This document shows positions 18,838 to 28,006 of a stretch of DNA of 64,000 nucleotides, in pieces. The translations under genes and the position numbers were made by a program. Numbering within the stretch: the first letter of the stretch is position 1; every line of letters starts with the position of its first letter. The stretch lies in IMG/VR virus record IMGVR_UViG_3300022562_000726. One strand, given 5' to 3'. The stretch is from a virus. Below the pieces are notes generated by a model that had not been told where the DNA came from, made no database searches, and worked only from the letters and a program-made list of their open reading frames with translations.

Positions 18838-19029
18838 TCACTGTTGTTCAGGTTTGGATTTTCCGCGCTGGAATTTGTGGATTGTCTCCAGCGTTGTGTA
18901 GACGGTTTCGCACTTGAAACATTTTCTGCGCCGCCGAATGCCCTTCTTTGAAAACCGTGTTTCAGCCACCGTCGATCCGGTGCATGAGCAGTTCGGGCAT
19001 TCAATCCCTGAATTGTGAGGAGCACTCAT
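18838..19029 (-). CDS. Zinc-ribbon protein, Ogr/Delta-like putative transcription activator
   Basis: CPNCSC...R.S...RRRR.C.KC...Y.T.E pattern; ATGA overlap with the upstream gene. Confidence 0.4.
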   Translation of the reverse strand: MSAPHNSGIECPNCSCTGSTVAETRFSKKGIRRRRKCFKCETVYTTLETIHKFQRGKSKPEQQ

Positions 19030-19382
19030 TTGTCTGGCCTGTGTTCGGAACAGTACCATTTTGTTGTGCCGGATTGGGATGGGAATTTCCCCGGTTCACC
19101 GTATCCAAACGGGGCAAGGTTCCAGCAGTCCTCGCAATGATGATTGTATATGTCCGTTCGAGCGGCCACTCTGGCCGGAATAATCCCTCTTTTTTTCAGT
19201 TCCTTTTCTTTCCAGAGCCGTTCCTTTTCCTTCCGTTCGGCTTCGTACCGGAACAATGTCTGAATATATTTAGTGTTTTCAATGCTTTGCGGGTTTTCCC
19301 TAATGTATTGCTTTTGCTTTGCAGGCATACCACGGTATGTTTTTATGTAGGCTTCGACATGTTGCTTGGTAACCTCCGTCAT
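19026..19382 (-). CDS. Hypothetical protein
   Basis: AAGGAAAGGAG ribosome-binding site before the ATG; HCEDC...CSEH Cys/His pairs. Confidence 0.5.
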   Translation of the reverse strand: MTEVTKQHVEAYIKTYRGMPAKQKQYIRENPQSIENTKYIQTLFRYEAERKEKERLWKEKELKKRGIIPARVAARTDIYNHHCEDCWNLAPFGYGEPGKFPSQSGTTKWYCSEHRPDK

Positions 19383-19924
19383 GATTACTCCTTTCCTTAA
19401 AATCCCGAAGAAGCATTAAGAACCTTAAACATGTTAACCTGTAATATTTGTTTTTGGAAACAGCAGGAAATAAGACACAGAAACCCATAGGCCGGGGAAC
19501 AATCCGGCAGGGTCCTGCGTCTTACCTCTACTCCTTTGTTTTCGGAGCCACAGCGAGGTTTCATCGACACATCCCCGGTACACCATATGGCGGTGCATGG
19601 CCACTCCGGTTCATGGCAAGTTTCTATTGGCTGTGGTGCCTCAACAGGCGGGGTTCTTGCTCCCCTGACACTTGCCTGTCCCATCCCCTCCTTATGGCGG
19701 GGGAACCTTGCGTCGATCCCATCCTGTGTCTTGACCTGATAGCCGGACCCATCGACACCCGCTGCTCTGCCTATGAGTGAACCCATGCTCTGGCGTTGCA
19801 AACCATCAGGTATTTTTGGGTGGTGGGTTCCACATATCCAGTACCCAACTCTGGATCAGGACCCGAAAAGAAAATGATTTGGAAAATAAATCAAGAGGTT
19901 TTTTATGCTGCACTGCAACAATTT

Positions 19925-20163
19925 TTATGTGCCCTGCAATATGATGTCCCGTAGCTGCCGTCCGTATTTACGACATAGTGTGTCAGAAAGGTTCAGGAGG
20001 TTCACCATCTGCTCTTTCACATCGGCAGAGGGGAGGCAGGCAAAGTCGCAAACGGTTTCGAAATCCTCTGTGGATAACCACAGTGCTACCTGCTTTCTTT
20101 GATTTTTGGACCCGCAATATATATCCCGTATCGCCTGACCAACCACTGACCGCCACATTATTT
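19925..20163 (-). CDS. Small hypothetical protein downstream of RusA
   Basis: Internal ATG of the 19925-20533 ORF; the longer ORF overlaps RusA out of frame. Confidence 0.3.
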
Positions 20164-20177
20164 CTTCGCTTGTCAGT

Positions 20178-20627
20178 TCATTCGTATCCGCTACGGCGCG
20201 GTTCAACGTGGATGATTGCTCTTGGCTTTTCTTTATCGAGTCCCCACTCCACAAGCTTGGATCGAACCTGACGGTCGTTTCTATAGATGCGCCCTTGCAT
20301 ACAATCGAGGATGATGGATTCATCAAGGTCTGGGCGTCGGCTTGCGTAGTAAATTTTGATGTGGACATGGACGTCTTCCTCAAACATTGGGTCCAACACT
20401 GGACACTGGCGAGAGAAATCCTCCACATACTGGAGCGCACTTTTCGACTTGATGAAGAGAGGCTTCCCTTTGATCTGCACCAGTCGGCGGCTGTTTGCCT
20501 TGGACTGCGGCTGACCATGCACTGTGAAATCAATCGGCTTCGTTCTGCCTTCTTTTTGCTTCACAGCGACACCATGTCGTTGACATTCACTCCAGATTGC
20601 GCAACTATATAACTGATTCGGTGCCAT
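20178..20627 (-). CDS. rusA: RusA-like Holliday junction resolvase
   Basis: RRPDLDESIILDCMQGRIYRNDRQV resembles the RusA catalytic D...D..N segment. Confidence 0.65.
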   Translation of the reverse strand: MAPNQLYSCAIWSECQRHGVAVKQKEGRTKPIDFTVHGQPQSKANSRRLVQIKGKPLFIKSKSALQYVEDFSRQCPVLDPMFEEDVHVHIKIYYASRRPDLDESIILDCMQGRIYRNDRQVRSKLVEWGLDKEKPRAIIHVEPRRSGYE

Positions 20628-21637
20628 CCACCAAGGAAAAATTAATCCCGTCAGTGGGTTGGCTCATTTGCTTGAGGTGCAGCTTGAAGTATACAAACAA
20701 ATTTGGCATCCCCGAAACCATTGTCCGGGCGGTTCGCAAGAAGAACGCGGAGTATGATCGTGGTCCGGCACACCGCTCGGTGACACAATTAATTACGCCC
20801 CCGCGTGTGGACCTTCTACGCAAGAGATATTTTGGCGAGATGGAAAAGGACGTGTCCGAAGAGTGGTGGGCACTGTTCGGCACGGCGGTCCACCATATCC
20901 TTGAGTCCGGTGCCGAAGACCATGAAGTGGTTGAAGAACGTTTGTATGCTGATGTGGATGGCTGGACGATTTCCGGTATGCTTGACTGCCAATCCGTTAT
21001 GCACGAAGGTCACATCGACATTATCGACTACAAGGTCACCTCCGCCTACGGCATCGTAAAGGAGGGCGGCGTCAAGCCGGAGTGGGAACAACAGTTGAAT
21101 TTGCAGGCATACCTTGTCGAGAAAACCAAGAAAGTCCCGGTTCGCAACATCTCAATTCTTGCTATCGTTAGGGATTGGCAGGGAGTGCAGGCTCAAACCA
21201 ATCCCAATTATCCGCCTGCGCCCATTTCACTTTATCCTGCGACCCTCTGGCCTTATAGTGAGCGGGAAGCATATGCTCTGGAACGAGTACGCCTCCACAG
21301 ACAGGCAGAAATGAACATCGAATTGGGTATGCCGATCCCTGAATGCACTTCGTATGACCGGTGGGAGAAGGATAAGCGTTGGGCAGTTGTAAAGGAGGGA
21401 CGCAAACGGGCAGTCAAGGTATTCGAAGATGAGGTGGCAGCGGCCAAAATGGCCGCTGAAGATGACTCCTACAGTGTGGAAGTTAGAGGCGGGGAATGCA
21501 CCCGTTGCAAAGGGAATTACTGTGGGGTAGCAAATTGGTGCGAACAATGGGCAGGTATCAATGGACGACTTCAAGGATTACCCGCAGTCGATAAAGGAAG
21601 CGACGGCGACGACAACGGATCAATGGACGCCGCGTGA
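20597..21637 (+). CDS. PD-(D/E)xK exonuclease, Cas4/RecB-like with Fe-S cysteine cluster
   Basis: N-terminal Cys (WLICLRC); IIDYKVTS (D/ExK) motif; C-terminal CTRCKGNYCGVANWC. TTG start is uncertain. Confidence 0.7.
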   Translation: MRNYITDSVPSTKEKLIPSVGWLICLRCSLKYTNKFGIPETIVRAVRKKNAEYDRGPAHRSVTQLITPPRVDLLRKRYFGEMEKDVSEEWWALFGTAVHHILESGAEDHEVVEERLYADVDGWTISGMLDCQSVMHEGHIDIIDYKVTSAYGIVKEGGVKPEWEQQLNLQAYLVEKTKKVPVRNISILAIVRDWQGVQAQTNPNYPPAPISLYPATLWPYSEREAYALERVRLHRQAEMNIELGMPIPECTSYDRWEKDKRWAVVKEGRKRAVKVFEDEVAAAKMAAEDDSYSVEVRGGECTRCKGNYCGVANWCEQWAGINGRLQGLPAVDKGSDGDDNGSMDAA

Positions 21638-21836
21638 CGCGCTGATTAATCTGTTACGCGAAATAGATAGTGGGGAAAGAGACATTGAAACGCTACTGGT
21701 AGCGTATTATGATAAGCCGGATGGCAAGGATGAAAATGGTGGCGGTGCTTTCGGTTTCAGGTGTGCCACCCACGATACAAGACTGGCAGTCTCTTTGGCA
21801 TACAGGGTTATACAAGTTTACAGTGGAGAAATCTGA
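21561..21836 (+). CDS. Hypothetical protein (start overlaps the exonuclease 3' end)
   Basis: ORF with 77-nt overlap; start uncertain. Confidence 0.3.
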   Translation: MDDFKDYPQSIKEATATTTDQWTPRDALINLLREIDSGERDIETLLVAYYDKPDGKDENGGGAFGFRCATHDTRLAVSLAYRVIQVYSGEI

Positions 21837-22573
21837 TGGGTGATGAATCGAAATTTGGCAATGCAATTGAACAGCTTACGAAGGTTCGTGAACAATCTGG
21901 TGTAGAAGTCGGCGGTAAGCTGTATTCAATGGTTAAGGACAGGATCGAACTGTTTCGCCGCACGTTCGGGTCTGACTTTGGTATTCGCACTTCCGTTGAT
22001 TGGTCGAATGGTTTGGAAGGAGGGGCGACGGTTATTGGCATTGCACAGATAATTGACCGGCAGGGTAATGTATTGGCTTCAGGACATTCCATGGAAAGGG
22101 TTAATCCGGGTAATGATGTGTCATGGAATGCGCCGGTCGAGGCAGTTGAAACGAAAGCAATAGGCAGGGCACTCGCATGTTTCGGATTTCACGGTGGCGA
22201 GTATGCTTCAGACGCAGAGATGATACCGGTTAATGAGCGTCGTCGGGACGCTGCACCGCAGCGCGGAAATGGTCGTGATGTTGATGGTCCTCGTATCCCG
22301 ATTGGTCAGAAAAAGGCCCCGCCTGAAGTGGTAGTTGGTGATGATATGTTCGTCCCACACGATTATCAAAGCTATTGGGACGACCCTGAAGGTAACGACG
22401 CGATGATAAAGGAAAGCCTCAAGGGCATTGGGAATGGAAAGGATTTGGCCAAGTATTGGTCTGCCCTTGAGGGCTTCAGGGATATGCTGAAGAGAGAGAA
22501 CCGGCCTGCTTACGAAAAGCTTGCGTCGGAATTTGTTGATAGGAACGCTATGCTTGGAGGCGATGATGCGTAA
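21836..22573 (+). CDS. Rad52-family single-strand annealing protein (Sak-like)
   Basis: KLYSMVKDRIELFRRTFG and ETKAIGRALACFG resemble Rad52/Sak conserved blocks; sits after an exonuclease. Confidence 0.55.
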   Translation: MGDESKFGNAIEQLTKVREQSGVEVGGKLYSMVKDRIELFRRTFGSDFGIRTSVDWSNGLEGGATVIGIAQIIDRQGNVLASGHSMERVNPGNDVSWNAPVEAVETKAIGRALACFGFHGGEYASDAEMIPVNERRRDAAPQRGNGRDVDGPRIPIGQKKAPPEVVVGDDMFVPHDYQSYWDDPEGNDAMIKESLKGIGNGKDLAKYWSALEGFRDMLKRENRPAYEKLASEFVDRNAMLGGDDA

Positions 22574-23015
22574 TGGTAATGACTACAGGAATATCAATAG
22601 CGGTGCGCTATTCGGTAACAAGAAGACCAGCCCCAAATCGGCTGACATGGTTGGAAGGATAACGATTGCGGAAGACGTTCTGCAATACATCCTCGATGAA
22701 GTAAACAACGGCGCGAATGAAGTAACGATTGATGTTTCTTCTTGGAGAAACGTCGCGCAGTCGGGACAGAACTATTACAAGATACGCTGCTATGTCCCCC
22801 GGCCACAGGAAGACCGCCCAAGTTATAACCAAGGTTATAATCGCGGCAATGCTGCACCGCAGCAAAGACGTGCTGCACCGCAACAGGGATATGGTGCACC
22901 GCAGCAAAGGTACAGCCGTCCCCAACAGCAGGAGTTCCCCGGCGACAACCAGCGCCGTGGCTTCAATCAGCCGGATGACATTCCGTTCGACGATGAAATA
23001 CCGTTTGGTGACTGA
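22563..23015 (+). CDS. SSB-like ssDNA-binding protein with acidic DDIPF-type C-terminal tail
   Basis: Ends in DDIPFDDEIPFGD; Q/P-rich repetitive linker (AAPQQ repeats). Confidence 0.5.
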   Translation: MMRNGNDYRNINSGALFGNKKTSPKSADMVGRITIAEDVLQYILDEVNNGANEVTIDVSSWRNVAQSGQNYYKIRCYVPRPQEDRPSYNQGYNRGNAAPQQRRAAPQQGYGAPQQRYSRPQQQEFPGDNQRRGFNQPDDIPFDDEIPFGD

Positions 23016-23326
23016 TGCTTGAGAAAGGGCCTTTCCGGCTACGATCCCCAAAGTACCTTGTCCATATCAGAGGCAGGCCGTGCCTACATTGCGGACAACC
23101 CGGAGAGGCCCATCATCTTACCCATGCTCAACCAAGGGCGATGGGCAGGAAGACAGGGGATCAGTATTGCGTACCCCTGTGCCACAAGCACCATATGGAA
23201 CTGCACGAAAGCCCCATGCCGGAATCGACGTGGTGGGCACTGCTCGGGATAGACCCTATCAAGTGGGCAGAAAACACATATGAGGAATGGATCAATGACA
23301 ACGATCTACATGCCACCGATACCTGA
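23015..23326 (+). CDS. HNH-type zinc-binding nuclease-like protein (DUF968-like)
   Basis: CLHCGQPGEAHHL ... CVPLCHKHHMELHE. Confidence 0.5.
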   Translation: MLEKGPFRLRSPKYLVHIRGRPCLHCGQPGEAHHLTHAQPRAMGRKTGDQYCVPLCHKHHMELHESPMPESTWWALLGIDPIKWAENTYEEWINDNDLHATDT

Positions 23327-24041
23327 AGGCGGTATCGTCCCGTATACAAGCACCACAAGTTTCCCGAACACAGCGGTGATCGCTCCCACCAAGCCGGTGT
23401 ACAGGAAGAAACAATCCGCTTGGTTCAAGGCAATGCGTAAGCTGTACGGGAAAACACAAACCATCGAGGAGACGGAAAAATTCTACAGGTCCGTCGATAT
23501 AGCTGACGTGATCGATGTTCTTGGTAACATGCGTCTCTTCTACGGCGGTGTGCCGAAGAAGTATGTTGCGCTTCTCCTTGAGGGCACCACGAAGAATGTC
23601 AAGCGGGACAAGCTTGGCTGCTTCATGCTGAAGGGTACAGGCCTGATGTACAAGCGGCCATGCATTGTCGGCAAGACCGCAGCATCTTTCAACACATCCC
23701 TGACAGGTATTCTTCTGCTTGAGCATTGGGCAAGGAAGAACAGGCGGTTCAGGAAATTCTTCGAAGCCTACAAGAACAACAAGAAGGTCAGCCAGATCAA
23801 ATCGGAATGCGTTGATTTCGAAATGGGTGTTCTTCCTGCTGTGTTTACAGAGGCAATCAAGAAGCACGAAGAGAAGCTGGAGATTGTCAAGAAGAGAAAC
23901 AGTGATGAACTGGCTCGTCTTCAGGCAATGCAGCAAGCGTCAGCCATGTACCAACAGGCCCGCAGCCTGCTTTGGGGAAGTTCAAACACAACAACAACCA
24001 GCAACACGCTTCTTGGTGGCATCTTGGGAGGCACCGTATGA
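23280..24041 (+). CDS. Hypothetical protein
   Basis: ORF; polyT/S/N C-terminal tail. Confidence 0.45.
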   Translation: MRNGSMTTIYMPPIPEGGIVPYTSTTSFPNTAVIAPTKPVYRKKQSAWFKAMRKLYGKTQTIEETEKFYRSVDIADVIDVLGNMRLFYGGVPKKYVALLLEGTTKNVKRDKLGCFMLKGTGLMYKRPCIVGKTAASFNTSLTGILLLEHWARKNRRFRKFFEAYKNNKKVSQIKSECVDFEMGVLPAVFTEAIKKHEEKLEIVKKRNSDELARLQAMQQASAMYQQARSLLWGSSNTTTTSNTLLGGILGGTV

Positions 24042-24475
24042 CAGACATCAGGGAAATGGCGACGAAGTTCGAGGCCAAGAAGATTGCTCTTGTCCATGAC
24101 AAGAACGGTCATGTGCTGCGTCTTGCCATTCACTTCGAAGATACGCCAGACTCCCTGTTTCATGATCCCCTCGGCCAGCGTTACGTCGTGGCACTGGTCA
24201 GGGTGGATGATGATGAGTCCCCAATAGAAAGCAAAGCTGACCATGACGCCTTGAGGGCAGTCAAAATGGCCGCGATGCTGTGTTCTGACAAGAAGTTCCA
24301 AGGATGGCTCTGCACCACAGGCCTTGCTGACGGGTGGTCAGAAGAGGAAGCGGCTATTGCGGTTCGGGCATTTTGCGGCGTAGGATCGCGGTCGGAATTG
24401 AAATCGAACAAAGTCGCAAGGGATAAGCTGTTCAAATTGCGGGATGATTTTCTCGCCAGCATGACACGAAGATGA
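24038..24475 (+). CDS. Hypothetical protein
   Basis: GGGAGG ribosome-binding site; ATGA overlap with the upstream gene. Confidence 0.5.
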   Translation: MTDIREMATKFEAKKIALVHDKNGHVLRLAIHFEDTPDSLFHDPLGQRYVVALVRVDDDESPIESKADHDALRAVKMAAMLCSDKKFQGWLCTTGLADGWSEEEAAIAVRAFCGVGSRSELKSNKVARDKLFKLRDDFLASMTRR

Positions 24476-24649
24476 ACTTTTACGTAACGCAACTTAGGGA
24501 ACCAAGTACGGGAAACTGGTGTGTGCCGGGACCGAATAGAGATATTTATAGGGAGCCGTACAAAGAAAGAAATGTAAGCTTCAAAGCGCGGTCTGGACAG
24601 ATTATCGGTGTAATGTCGTGGGACAGGCCAGAGATAAGGAGATACAGAA

Positions 24650-25462
24650 GTGGGACTGCATATAGAAGAGGTGATCGACTTATACCAGAAAAGCCCTGAA
24701 TGGGAGCGGCTATCAAGCCGCAGCCGGAAGATATATTCCGATGCACTGGCAAAGGTCATGTCCTTCATGGACAAGGAAATAACATCGATAACTCGTGTCG
24801 ATGTGTTTGAAATCCTTGATGTCTATAAGAACAAAGCAGCAACAACCCGAACAGTAATATCAGTTTTGCGTAACCTGTTCGACTTTGCTTGCAGCAGGGG
24901 TTACGCCAACCAGAACCCTGCCCTTGGATTGCGTAACATGAGGCAGTCCAAACCCATCCCACGCTGGCCGATGAACGAGGTCGAGGCATTCTTGGAGAAG
25001 TCTCCGCCTCATCTGCAACTCGTTGTCCTGATGGCTCTGTATACAGGGCAGCGCCGCTGCGACCTCATCAAGATACGTTGGGAAGATTACGATGGCGGAA
25101 CCATCAAGGTAACGCAGAGAAAGACCGGGAAGCATCTGGTGATCCCGTTGCATCCACGGCTGAAGGCAGCAATAGACAGCACCAAGCGGAGGGAGCCGGT
25201 GATTTTGACCAATGCTTATGGCAGTCCATGGTCGGAGTCGTCCGTCTCTGCGGCTGTCAGGAAACAGGCCCGCGTCCTTGGCCTCAAGAATACTTCAATT
25301 CATGGCTTGCGGAAATCGACCGCCTCGCATTTGGCCGAGGCCGGTGCTACCGTCCACCAGATCGCCGCCGTGACCGGCCAATCCCTCAAGGAAGTGGAGC
25401 GGTATACACGGCAGGCAGACCAGAGAACAATGGCACAACAGGCAATGGAGATGTGGAAATGA
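24650..25462 (+). CDS. Tyrosine recombinase (phage integrase family, short Xer/Cre-like)
   Basis: R...HGLRKS...Y catalytic box (LVIPLHP, HGLRKSTASHL, RYTRQ); AAGGAGATA ribosome-binding site; GTG start. Confidence 0.8.
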   Translation: MGLHIEEVIDLYQKSPEWERLSSRSRKIYSDALAKVMSFMDKEITSITRVDVFEILDVYKNKAATTRTVISVLRNLFDFACSRGYANQNPALGLRNMRQSKPIPRWPMNEVEAFLEKSPPHLQLVVLMALYTGQRRCDLIKIRWEDYDGGTIKVTQRKTGKHLVIPLHPRLKAAIDSTKRREPVILTNAYGSPWSESSVSAAVRKQARVLGLKNTSIHGLRKSTASHLAEAGATVHQIAAVTGQSLKEVERYTRQADQRTMAQQAMEMWK

Positions 25463-25642
25463 CAACCCCACTGGTTCCGAAGAAGAAGGCAGGCAAGTGG
25501 CCGACCCCAAGCCGCACTAATACGGATAGGCAGCAATACGATCATCCGAGTGAGGCCGAAAAGAAGGAAAGGAAAAAGAGGATAACATTGCCGAAAGTGT
25601 CCATTCTTGATGACAAGGACGACAAGTAAAGGAGACGTGAAA

Positions 25643-25999
25643 ATGACAGCCCGTAAAAGTGCGGCGTCGTATGTAAGGGAAATCAATAGCCTGACTTCGA
25701 AGCTTGAGATTTCTGAAAACAAGTGCAGTGATCTTATGGCAGACAAAGTTACCATGCGGAAAGAGATAGACCACTGGAGAAACTTGCACACAAAGGTGGA
25801 AGCTGATAACTGGAAACTCAGGCGAGAAAAGCACCAAAAGGAGGAAGATCAGGAAAGAAAGATAAATGAACTTTCTCAGGAGATATTGAGAAGGAACAGG
25901 ACAATAACTAACCTTGAAGCCGAAGTTGCCAAGGGTGTTGAATCAATGCATTCAATGGCGGCTGCAATGGGGTGGATGACAAACAGGAGAAGAGAATGA
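25643..25999 (+). CDS. Coiled-coil hypothetical protein
   Basis: AAAGGAGACG ribosome-binding site; heptad-rich K/E sequence. Confidence 0.5.
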   Translation: MTARKSAASYVREINSLTSKLEISENKCSDLMADKVTMRKEIDHWRNLHTKVEADNWKLRREKHQKEEDQERKINELSQEILRRNRTITNLEAEVAKGVESMHSMAAAMGWMTNRRRE

Positions 26000-26223
26000 A
26001 ATACAAGATCGAACACAACGTTCCAGTTCCACCGGGACGTGGCTTGTGGTCAAGCTTTGTTTCCGAGATGACGCCGGGAGATTCCGTCCTTGTCGATACG
26101 AGGAAAGAGGCAGCGGCTTTTTCGTATGCCTTGCGTCGTAGCGGTCACAGGCCAGCCATTCGCAAGGAGAATGGCAAGTACCGTGTGTGGCACTTGGGCA
26201 AGCTTTCCAAACGCAACAAGTAA
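25996..26223 (+). CDS. Hypothetical protein
   Basis: ATGA overlap; AGGAGAAGAG ribosome-binding site; followed by a GAGGCGGG/CCCGCCTC hairpin. Confidence 0.5.
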   Translation: MKYKIEHNVPVPPGRGLWSSFVSEMTPGDSVLVDTRKEAAAFSYALRRSGHRPAIRKENGKYRVWHLGKLSKRNK

Positions 26224-26460
26224 TGAGGCGGGCTTGTCCCGCCTCCCCTCTCGTGAGGGCTGGTTTCCAAGCGTCGGTATGCTGTTAACAATTCATATCA
26301 ACCAAGAAGCCAGTCCTCTCAAGAAGGGAGATTACCATGAGACTGTTCGCTGACATTACAGGGATGCTCGTCATTGCGGGCATTGTCTATTTCGGTCTTT
26401 TGTTCCTGTTCAGGAATGTCAGGATCAAGGGAATTAATGAAACCAAGGAAGGAGAAGACG

Positions 26461-27327
26461 ATGAGTCCTAAAGGAGTAGCAGGTACAATTGTCGGGGTGT
26501 TCATTACCCTGATTGTGGTAAGCGGTATTTTCGGATCGTTCTATACAGTGGATCAGGGGCAGCGGGGTGTCATCCTGTTTAACGGAGCGGTGAAGGGAAC
26601 GGCTGGTCCCGGCCTGCATTGGAAGATGCCCTTTGTCGAGGATATTATCTACATCGATGTAACCCAACAGTCCCGCATCTATGATGATGTTGCATCCTAT
26701 AGCCGGGATCAGCAGACCGCACATATGAAAATGTCTGTAAACTACCGTGTGCCACCGGATCAGGTGGATGTGGTATATGCCAACTTTCGTGACAATGAAG
26801 GATTGGCAACCCGCCTTCTTGACCGCCGCGTCTATGAACAGGCCAAGAATGTCTTTGGGCAGTTCAATGCGGCTACCGCAATTCAGGATCGGGCAAGGCT
26901 TAATCTTGAGGTTCAGAAAGCGTTACAGGATGCTGTCAAAGGGCCGATCCTTATTGACTCCGTGCAGATCGAGAACATCGATTTCTCTGATGCCTACGAA
27001 AAATCCATCGAGGACAGAATGTTGGCAGAGGTCGAGGTTCAAAAGCTTAAACAGAATGCGGAGCGTGAAAAGGTTCAGGCACAGATAACTGTGACCAAGG
27101 CCAACGCTGCTGCCGATGCGGTTCGTGCCGATGCACAAGCCCAAGCTGATGCAACCCGCCTTAAAGGTGAGGCGGAAGCGGATGCCATTCGTGCCAAGGG
27201 CAAGGCGTTGCACGACAATCCTGAACTGGTTAACCTCATTCAGGCAGAGAAGTGGAACGGCACCTTGCCAACCACCATGATCCCCGGATCGGCAGTCCCA
27301 TTCCTTAACGTTCAACCAAACCAGTAA
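26461..27327 (+). CDS. SPFH/band-7 (prohibitin/HflC-like) membrane protein
   Basis: N-terminal transmembrane helix; VDQGQRGVILFNG...HWKMPFVE core; coiled coil; A/E-rich C-terminus. Confidence 0.7.
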   Translation: MSPKGVAGTIVGVFITLIVVSGIFGSFYTVDQGQRGVILFNGAVKGTAGPGLHWKMPFVEDIIYIDVTQQSRIYDDVASYSRDQQTAHMKMSVNYRVPPDQVDVVYANFRDNEGLATRLLDRRVYEQAKNVFGQFNAATAIQDRARLNLEVQKALQDAVKGPILIDSVQIENIDFSDAYEKSIEDRMLAEVEVQKLKQNAEREKVQAQITVTKANAAADAVRADAQAQADATRLKGEAEADAIRAKGKALHDNPELVNLIQAEKWNGTLPTTMIPGSAVPFLNVQPNQ

Positions 27328-27343
27328 AGGCGGGGAGGAACCC

Positions 27344-27661
27344 TTGGAGACAATAGAGATAGCAGAAGCCAGCACTCCCGATGGCGGACTGAAGGCAACT
27401 TCGTCGGGCGTGAGATACACTGTTTGGTATCAGGGTGAAATACTTCTCAAGTCTTCAAGGGTTCCGTTTTGCGATGCCGCAAGGGCACTGCTTGCCATGG
27501 GGAAAACGGGATCGTTGCAGGTCAAGCGGAGAGGCAGTGACCGCATAGAGGCACGATCCAATATCGAATCCCTTGCAAAGCTTTCTGTAAAAGATGGCGG
27601 TGGAGCATCGCCACACTTCAGGGAATACAAGGAATTTGGCAATGGCGAAGATCACACTTAA
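27344..27661 (+). CDS. Hypothetical protein
   Basis: ORF. Confidence 0.4.
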   Translation: METIEIAEASTPDGGLKATSSGVRYTVWYQGEILLKSSRVPFCDAARALLAMGKTGSLQVKRRGSDRIEARSNIESLAKLSVKDGGGASPHFREYKEFGNGEDHT

Positions 27662-27824
27662 CATTGACTACGGGTCAAGGGCTTTGACCGTTACTCTTTA
27701 TGAGAGGGATCAGTATGGATACGAACACATACAGTCACACGACCATGTGTTTTTTCATGATCTTGTCGATGCCATGAAAGATGACCTTCCTCCCCCATAT
27801 GAATTTCACAGGCACCCAAAATGA
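27642..27824 (+). CDS. Hypothetical small protein
   Basis: Internal ATG with an AAGGA ribosome-binding site. Confidence 0.35.
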   Translation: MAKITLNIDYGSRALTVTLYERDQYGYEHIQSHDHVFFHDLVDAMKDDLPPPYEFHRHPK

Positions 27825-28006
27825 CAAGGAAAGAATACGGAGAATGGAGAGATGCTCTTGCGCAAGCTGTTGCGTCTGAATGCATCCTCGGGTCCCTGCA
27901 AAACAAGGATATGGAAGAGATAATTGCAGCGGCCATTTTGGCCGCTCGTCCGTTCGCGGAGCGGTACATTGTTCTTGAGAAGGAGAACAGCCATGAATGC
28001 CGATAG
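27821..28006 (+). CDS. Hypothetical small protein (contains motif copy 27931-27943)
   Basis: ORF; ATGA overlap. Confidence 0.35.
   Translation: MTRKEYGEWRDALAQAVASECILGSLQNKDMEEIIAAAILAARPFAERYIVLEKENSHECR

Noticed and set aside
19397-19801. 134-aa minus-strand and 110-aa plus-strand ORFs in the GC-rich gap
   Set aside because: Both frames are open only because of high GC. They have TTG or poor starts, no SD sequence and no recognisable protein features. The region is treated as non-coding or structured DNA.
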